A stretch of 63,775 nt of DNA, the filler included, from Octopus bimaculoides (taxonomy: Eukaryota): the NCBI RefSeq assembly GCF_001194135.2. It is 6 parts of 6 records of this genome, joined end to end, with 100 filler letters (N's around TTAATTAATTAA, not from the genome) between each part and the next. Parts side by side here need not be neighbours in the genome. Positions count along the whole stretch, not along the records: positions 62,148 to 63,775 come from NC_068994.1; 5 more parts are not named here. The stretch is one strand, 5' to 3'. The translations under genes were made by a program, and so were the position numbers. The notes below the pieces were generated by a model. The model had not been told where the DNA came from. It did no database searches and was given only the letters and a program-made list of their open reading frames with translations. The stretch's first letter is position 1. Every line of letters begins with the position of its first letter. Below, one piece after another: positions 63,701 to 63,775 of the stretch.

Positions 63701-63775
63701 AGCGTCATTTGGTGATGCCGACGGTACTGGTGTTGATTGTGGAGTTGGTGGTGGTGGTGGTAGTTGGGGGTGGCG

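Overview
AT-rich, microsatellite-saturated eukaryotic draft-assembly DNA with many N gaps. The repeat landscape (dense (TA)n/(CA)n/(TATC)n tracts, four recurring tRNA-headed SINE families, MITEs, decayed LINEs) points to a coleoid cephalopod, most likely Octopus; this is an inference from recalled repeat families, not a database result. No ORF in the six-frame track is a credible complete gene: nearly all are microsatellite or N read-through. Well supported content: two L1/Tx1-clade LINE fragments (1-1170), a decayed R4/Dong-like LINE (about 32.6-34.4 kb) with a nested SINE, roughly 30 SINE copies, hAT and Tc1/mariner MITEs and transposase relics, Penelope-like repeats, a ~1 kb diverged foldback element, and two promoter-like CpG-rich patches (13.2-13.45 kb, 63.5-63.7 kb). 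More speculative leads: a chain of minus-strand exon candidates, mostly phase-compatible, that may be an unannotated long-intron gene I cannot name; a type-I hammerhead-ribozyme-like motif at 23966-24024 (-); and a pre-miRNA-like hairpin at 19030-19082. No rRNA, true tRNA gene or CRISPR array was found. I cannot claim a new system; the leads are ranked with tests.
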